DNA of 12,393 nucleotides from a virus: UHGV virus genome UHGV-1616174; one strand, 5' to 3'. Shown piece by piece: positions 8,392 to 12,393 of this stretch (position 1 is its first letter; each line of letters starts with the position of its first letter). The notes under the pieces were generated by a model. It saw only the letters and a program-made list of their open reading frames with translations, ran no database searches and was not told where the DNA came from. The position numbers and the translations under genes were made by a program.

Positions 8392-10097
8392 CAGTGAGCC
8401 ATCCAGTGTGTGGTTCTGCGTTTATCCGTTTTCTGTTTTACCCTCACCGGCATTCTGGCGCGCATCTCCTGGGCAATCATGTAGCTCATAAGCTGATCAT
8501 CAAAACAGCCTTCCTGTGCATTCATGGAGCCTTTCGCGTCATAAACGTAGGTGTTCATTTCTGATAATGTGCCCGACCAGCGGATCCCCGACAGGCCGTT
8601 ATTCAGCAGCGTTTTCATTCCCTCTGTCAGGACCGGTTTACTCTGGCGGGTTGTCAGCCAGCCAAGACGGGGCGTATCGTCGTCATATGCCTGGTCAAGG
8701 TGCTGTTCGTTGTAGATATAACGCGTCGGATAGAGTTCCCTGAGTTTCAGGATAACGGCATGTCCGTGATTGTTACGCTCCGGCCCCACAAACGCGTTGT
8801 TGTACATACGGCAGACCTGCGCAATGAGATGAGCGAAAAGCTCCGCATCGAGATGACCAAACCAGTGAGCCACCTGCTCACCATTACTGCATCTGATGAT
8901 ATCCAGCGATGAGCGGTCTCCGTGCTCCAGCCCCTCAGCGGTATCTGCTCCGCATACATACTCTTCATCCGGATCCGGCAGCTCCCAGACCAGCAGATAA
9001 TTCATCAGCGTCCGGTGCTGTTCGGCTTTATTCCCGTCACGCAGAGACTGCGCCTTGGTCTTCGTTCCTGTAACCGGTTCAATGTCATAAACAATCAGCG
9101 GTGGCGAACAGAATGACTCTGCCTGCAGCGTGCTTTCCGCACTGAACACCCGTCGTCCTGACGTCAGAAACGCCTCCTGTGGCGTTGAGGGAAATTCCTG
9201 CTTCATTTCCTCACGCTGTTCAGTTTCCTTGCAGATGTACCAGTGTTTCTGCTCATCGGTAAGCGTGATGTTCATTGCTTTTTCAACCGCAGAAAAATAC
9301 GCTGTTTTTTCCCGTGACAGCTTAAGTCCGCTTTCCGGCACTCTGGCGCTGTATTTGAGATCCTGCCACCAGGCGTAAAAATGGAATTTATAATCCTGTG
9401 GCGTCAGCGCCAGCCCTGATGCAGTGATTTCCTGTGCCCGGTTACTCATCTCGTAAAAATCGCCACCCACACCTTCAGCAGTGGATTCATCAAAGATAAT
9501 GCACTCATCAGAGACGGCATTAAGTGTACCGGTTCGCAGTTCTTTCGCCTTAGCCGGATATTTTGCGCAAATTTTGCCGTGCTCTGAGATATGCAGGCGC
9601 TGCACCGTACCTGAACGGAATGAGGTTGCCACCTGGATACTCGAGCCGTGACCAAACAGGATATAGCCACCGCTGGCTCCGCTACGACGTTCAACGATGG
9701 TGAATGAGGCTCTCAGCCAGTCAGGGAGATGATCAAACGGTACAGCAATTTTTGTGCGGAAAATTTCACTGGCAGCCTGTTTATCCTGAGCGACAATCCC
9801 GCATTTGAGATGCGGTATGAATAATGCCTGGTCGAGAAGATAAATATCAATGGCCGTGGAAAACCCCAGCTGGCGTGCTTTCAGGATAATATTTTTATTG
9901 TGCATGCTCCGGAACAACTGGCGCTGCGCCGGTCGCATTCTGAAGGTGACCAGCTCACCTTTTTCGTTCTGTATTTTGTAGAGATGATTGAGCCGCCACC
10001 AGGGATTGCTCAGTTTAGTCATGATGAACAGACGTTGTTCGGTCCCGGTCATTTCTGACGGTTCATCACATCGCGGTTCATTCTTCCGGAATGTCAT
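8391..10097 (-). CDS. terL: Terminase large subunit (568 aa)
   Basis: Complete ORF. Contains the deviant Walker A-like motif KARQLGFST near the N-terminus, typical of phage large terminases. Overlaps the upstream small terminase gene by 20 nt, with SD GGGGAG ahead of the ATG, and sits directly upstream of the portal. Confidence 0.85.
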   Translation of the reverse strand: MTFRKNEPRCDEPSEMTGTEQRLFIMTKLSNPWWRLNHLYKIQNEKGELVTFRMRPAQRQLFRSMHNKNIILKARQLGFSTAIDIYLLDQALFIPHLKCGIVAQDKQAASEIFRTKIAVPFDHLPDWLRASFTIVERRSGASGGYILFGHGSSIQVATSFRSGTVQRLHISEHGKICAKYPAKAKELRTGTLNAVSDECIIFDESTAEGVGGDFYEMSNRAQEITASGLALTPQDYKFHFYAWWQDLKYSARVPESGLKLSREKTAYFSAVEKAMNITLTDEQKHWYICKETEQREEMKQEFPSTPQEAFLTSGRRVFSAESTLQAESFCSPPLIVYDIEPVTGTKTKAQSLRDGNKAEQHRTLMNYLLVWELPDPDEEYVCGADTAEGLEHGDRSSLDIIRCSNGEQVAHWFGHLDAELFAHLIAQVCRMYNNAFVGPERNNHGHAVILKLRELYPTRYIYNEQHLDQAYDDDTPRLGWLTTRQSKPVLTEGMKTLLNNGLSGIRWSGTLSEMNTYVYDAKGSMNAQEGCFDDQLMSYMIAQEMRARMPVRVKQKTDKRRTTHWMAH

Positions 10098-10929
10098 CCA
10101 GTCTCCCCGAATTACTCATTTCATGCAGCGATGACACGATGTCACTGACTGGCGTAATAACCCCCCGGCGCTGGCTGGTCAGAATATCGGTTTCCGCTCT
10201 GAGTTTATCTCTGGCGGCGTTGATTCTTTCCCGGTCAGCACGAAGTTTTGGTGCTGTTTCCGCCAGAACGTCCAGCGTCAGCAATGAGCGTTCAATTGAC
10301 TCGATACGGGCAATATTCCGGTCAAGGGCCTGTTCTGCTTTGAGTATTTTGTCGTACAGGGCAACACGGGTTTCCACGTCAGCCGCCTCTTTCAGGTCGG
10401 CGAACATTTTTTTCAGTGTTCCTGTTACTGAAAGTGCGCGGGCCCGGGTGAACACCAGTTCATCGAACAGCACCATATCGGACGCATCATCCATGAGGTT
10501 ATCTGCCTCAAGATACTTCGCATATCCACGGTGTCTCACGGCGTGGGTGTTACGGTCGCTAAACCGGGCAACGGGGTGAGGATTACCCGATCTGCTGTTG
10601 CGTTTCGTTTCTGCCGAATTTGCGCAGTTTTTTGCGCATTTTTCATCACTGCCATCATCGCCGTAAGACTCGTCATTACTGGACTCGTCATCAGCTCCAT
10701 GCGCATTTTTTTGTGCGCTTTTTTGAGTGTCAATTTGCGCACTTTTTTGCGCATTTTTCTGCGCACTTTCCTCTGTATTTTTGGGGGAGTTTTTGCGCAG
10801 TTTTATGTACCGACGAGCCGTGCCATAGCAGATATTGTTCTGTCGACACCAGTCCTGAAGTTTTATGCCAGTTCTGGCATGTTCGCGTCGGAATGCCTGC
10901 TCCAGTTTTTTCCAGTCCAGCTTTGCCAT
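10078..10929 (-). CDS. terS: Terminase small subunit (283 aa): N-terminal helix-turn-helix DNA-binding domain, long low-complexity linker, C-terminal coiled coil
   Basis: Complete ORF immediately upstream of and overlapping terL. The N-terminus (MAKLDWKKLEQAFRREHARTGIKLQDWCRQNNICYGTARRYIKL) looks like a winged-HTH packaging DNA-binding domain. The linker holds AQK[N/S] tetrapeptide repeats and an acidic stretch. Unusually long for a small terminase. Confidence 0.7.
   Translation of the reverse strand: MAKLDWKKLEQAFRREHARTGIKLQDWCRQNNICYGTARRYIKLRKNSPKNTEESAQKNAQKSAQIDTQKSAQKNAHGADDESSNDESYGDDGSDEKCAKNCANSAETKRNSRSGNPHPVARFSDRNTHAVRHRGYAKYLEADNLMDDASDMVLFDELVFTRARALSVTGTLKKMFADLKEAADVETRVALYDKILKAEQALDRNIARIESIERSLLTLDVLAETAPKLRADRERINAARDKLRAETDILTSQRRGVITPVSDIVSSLHEMSNSGRLDDIPEE
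10615..10810. repeat. Array of at least 8 copies of TGCGC(A) flanked by T4-7 runs (plus strand), inside terS
   Basis: TGCGCA occurs at 10621, 10633, 10700, 10714, 10736, 10748, 10760 and 10794, with 12 bp spacing between several adjacent copies. On the coding strand this gives GCGCA(A/G)AAAAA(T/G), translated as A-Q-K-N/S repeats. Confidence 0.6.
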
Positions 10930-11230
10930 GTCACTTTCTGACGTCCTCTGTTAAAAACTGACGCATAATGACCGCTGTGATTTTTCAGAATTCACACAGC
11001 AGCGTCTTGTTTGATTGATATTTACACAATATGGTTGTTTTATCCGGTTTCTTCCACCACCGCACCGGACAGGCGGCCATGCGGGAAAACGCTCACGTTA
11101 CCTGAAAACGTGGAAAGCCCGGTGTGCATCGTTTTTGATTATCCCCACACACTCGCGCAGGAGGTCCAGTGTCTGGCTGAGGTCTCTGTTAATGCGGGAA
11201 TACTGCGACGATACGGCGCATCAGCAAAAC

Positions 11231-11698
11231 TTATTTCAGGCACTGAGTGCGGATATATTCCTGTGCCCCTTCCAGCTGCTTCTGCATCATCATCAACCGC
11301 TCTCTGAGGGTGAAATAATCCCGTTCAGCGGTGTCTGCCAGTCGGGGGCCGGTTGCATTATCCATGCCGGAGGTGCCGGTGGCTTCACGCACGGTACCGG
11401 AGCAGGTGGCGTTGATCCGCAGGCGCTTACGACCAGCAGCAACATCAGCACGCAGAGTTTCATTTTCAGCTCTCGCATCGGCTAATTCCCTCGAGTATTT
11501 TGCATCGAGCGCAGCAACATCGCGCTGGCGCACCTGCATATCAGTAATGGTGGCGTTTGCCAGCTCCAGCTCTCTGGCTTTTTTATCGCGCTGCGCTTTG
11601 TAGGTGATGGCGTTATCGCGGTAATGGTCTGTTGCCAGCCACAGCGCACCACAGCCACCCGCCAGGACAATAATCACCACACACAGAACACGGCTCAT
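11231..11698 (-). CDS. Rz: Rz i-spanin (inner-membrane spanin subunit), 155 aa
   Basis: Complete ORF. From memory it aligns closely with lambda Rz ([16 protein letters not shown]...; here [46 protein letters not shown]...[15 protein letters not shown]...QKQLEG). Has an N-terminal transmembrane segment. Confidence 0.9.
   Translation of the reverse strand: MSRVLCVVIIVLAGGCGALWLATDHYRDNAITYKAQRDKKARELELANATITDMQVRQRDVAALDAKYSRELADARAENETLRADVAAGRKRLRINATCSGTVREATGTSGMDNATGPRLADTAERDYFTLRERLMMMQKQLEGAQEYIRTQCLK
11293..11478 (-). CDS. Rz1: Rz1 o-spanin (outer-membrane lipoprotein spanin subunit), 61 aa, embedded in the +1 frame of Rz
   Basis: ORF lies entirely inside Rz in another frame. Signal peptide with lipobox (LVVSAC) followed by a Pro-rich body ([30 protein letters not shown]), nearly matching lambda Rz1 as I recall it. 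Confidence 0.85.
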   Translation of the reverse strand: MRELKMKLCVLMLLLVVSACGSTPPAPVPCVKPPAPPAWIMQPAPDWQTPLNGIISPSESG

Positions 11699-11705
11699 CT
11701 CTCTT

Positions 11706-11837
11706 TCACCCCACCAGTCCCGATAACGTCAGGACTCGCCAGGCGGTGGAAAAGAAAATGGCAACCAGCATGAGTGAAAATGAAATGCCGACAATTACAC
11801 AGAGGATCTTCGCCAGCGTTATGAGTTTGTCTGACAT
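11706..11837 (-). CDS. Small hydrophobic protein (43 aa) with a single predicted transmembrane helix; unknown function
   Basis: ATG at 11835..11837 is preceded by a strong RBS (AAGGGAGGA). Its stop TGA lies 8 nt upstream of the Rz ATG, suggesting translational coupling. Sequence [43 protein letters not shown]. The track ORF 11706..11927 has a longer, less plausible N-terminus. Confidence 0.5.
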   Translation of the reverse strand: MSDKLITLAKILCVIVGISFSLMLVAIFFSTAWRVLTLSGLVG

Positions 11838-11851
11838 GCTTAATCCTCCCT

Positions 11852-12034
11852 TCACGATTTCAACGCAATGACCAGTTTTGCCAGCCCATACAGCATCGGG
11901 GACACAGCAACACCGACCGCCACCCACTTAATGGCAAAAGCCAGTGCTCTGCTGATGTCATCAGTTACAGGCGCTTTCAGTTCAAGGCCGTTTTTCATAG
12001 TCAACCTCAACAGAATTCGTTTATACTTTTCCAT
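11852..12034 (-). CDS. Small protein (60 aa) with basic N-terminus and a C-terminal hydrophobic (probable transmembrane) segment; unknown function
   Basis: ATG at 12032..12034 is preceded by RBS AAGGGAGAA. Sequence MEKYKRILLRLTMKNGLELKAPVTDDISRALAFAIKWVAVGVAVSPMLYGLAKLVIALKS. Stop is 14 nt upstream of the 43-aa gene. The track's longer start (12067) would fall inside the upstream hairpin. Confidence 0.5.
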   Translation of the reverse strand: MEKYKRILLRLTMKNGLELKAPVTDDISRALAFAIKWVAVGVAVSPMLYGLAKLVIALKS

Positions 12035-12067
12035 GTTCTCCCTTGCCTTATCCAAGGTCAGAAACAC

Positions 12068-12100
12068 AAAACCCCGCTTGCAGCCAACAAACGGGGTTTT
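12068..12100. terminator. Hairpin (9 bp stem AAAACCCCG/CGGGGTTTT, 15-nt loop) with flanking T/A runs between the endolysin and the small membrane-protein genes; possible bidirectional terminator or RNA processing site
   Basis: Read directly from sequence at 12068..12076 and 12092..12100. Followed on plus by TACTTTTATT and on minus by GUGUUUC. The loop is long for a canonical terminator, hence moderate confidence. Confidence 0.45.
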
Positions 12101-12190
12101 TACTTTTATTCACTTAGTTTTTGTCAGTTCGCAGGATTTCGTGTTATCCGTCCGTGTGAGCAAACCGCATTTTTCAGCAAAATATTCTGC

Positions 12191-12393
12191 TTATCTGTCA
12201 ATTCCCCAGCACGCCAGCGCACTCTCCTGGTCGCGACGGGATACCTGACCGTAACAGTTGTTTGAGCGAATACGGCAGTCTCTGCCACCGTCCTTAATCC
12301 ACCAGCGAATCGCTTCGCATGCTCCCCTGCGATCACCTGCATTAATTCGTCTGTAAAACGTCGACGGGAAACACTTACCGGGACCAATGTTGT
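12191..12393 (-). CDS. Endolysin (lysozyme-family, P21/Rrr-like), C-terminal 66 codons only; start lies beyond the window end
   Basis: Minus-strand frame ending at stop 12191..12193 reads NIGPGKCFPSTFYRRINAGDRRGACEAIRWWIKDGGRDCRIRSNNCYGQVSRRDQESALACWGIDR. From memory this matches the C-termini of lambdoid prophage lysozymes (for example phage 21 R, which ends ...INQGDIKGACDQLRRW...). The track's 87-aa ORF 12124..12387 is in a different frame. Confidence 0.8.
   Translation of the reverse strand, partial: NIGPGKCFPSTFYRRINAGDRRGACEAIRWWIKDGGRDCRIRSNNCYGQVSRRDQESALACWGIDR

Noticed and set aside
8516-9694. Several 60 to 82 aa ORFs on both strands inside the terminase large subunit gene (for example 8516..8743, 8700..8912, 9130..9378, 9446..9694)
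   Set aside because: All are embedded in or antisense to the 568-aa terminase ORF. They have no RBS support and unremarkable composition, so they are treated as chance ORFs.
10974-11000. TGTGA...TCACA inverted repeat that superficially resembles a CRP site
   Set aside because: The half-sites are separated by about 11 bp rather than the 6 bp of the CRP consensus, so it is not called as a CRP site. It is retained only as part of the generic inverted-repeat observation for the spacer.
11011-11485. Plus-strand ORFs 11011..11307 and 11015..11485, with a GGAGG-like motif near 11160
   Set aside because: Both start with TTG in the track and run antisense through Rz/Rz1, which are clearly conserved. 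No lambda-type bor-like lipoprotein sequence was recognised. Most likely spurious, though a short antisense transcript cannot be excluded without RNA data.
12101-12190. Possible sigma70 promoter (CTGACA ... TAAAAG) on the minus strand between the endolysin and the 60-aa gene
   Set aside because: The spacer between the candidate -35 and -10 elements is about 13 bp, too short for a functional sigma70 promoter, and no better-spaced pair was found by eye.
12124-12387. Minus-strand ORF of 87 aa overlapping the endolysin C-terminus
   Set aside because: It is in a different frame from the one that yields a recognisable lysozyme C-terminus (…INAGDRRGACEAIRWW…ACWGIDR), so it is an overlapping alternative-frame artefact.
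1-12393. Search for tRNA genes, CRISPR repeats, integrase or transposase, and reverse transcriptase (for a diversity-generating retroelement targeting the fibre)
   Set aside because: No cloverleaf-like conserved tRNA motifs, no regularly spaced direct repeats with unique spacers, and no ORF with recombinase or reverse-transcriptase motifs were seen. The only repeat arrays are the GXY coding repeats and the terS TGCGCA/T-run array.

Overview
The window reads as the late (lysis plus morphogenesis) region of a lambdoid enterobacterial phage or prophage, with every supported gene on the minus strand (transcription runs from high to low coordinates). In transcription order: the C-terminal end of a lysozyme-type endolysin (cut by the window edge), two small membrane-protein genes, the Rz/Rz1 spanin pair (very lambda-like), a ~300 bp non-coding spacer, small and large terminase subunits, portal, scaffold, major capsid protein, four proteins of unknown function, and the 5' part of a collagen-like side tail fibre (Stf-type) that runs off the window start. 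No tRNA, rRNA, CRISPR array, integrase or transposase was recognised. All identifications are by reading translations and recalling protein families from memory; no database search was run. The plus-strand ORFs in the six-frame track are antisense shadows of these genes. The features most worth follow-up are the two small membrane-protein genes sitting inside the lysis cassette between endolysin and spanin, and an unusually long small terminase whose linker is encoded by a T-run/TGCGCA DNA repeat array.
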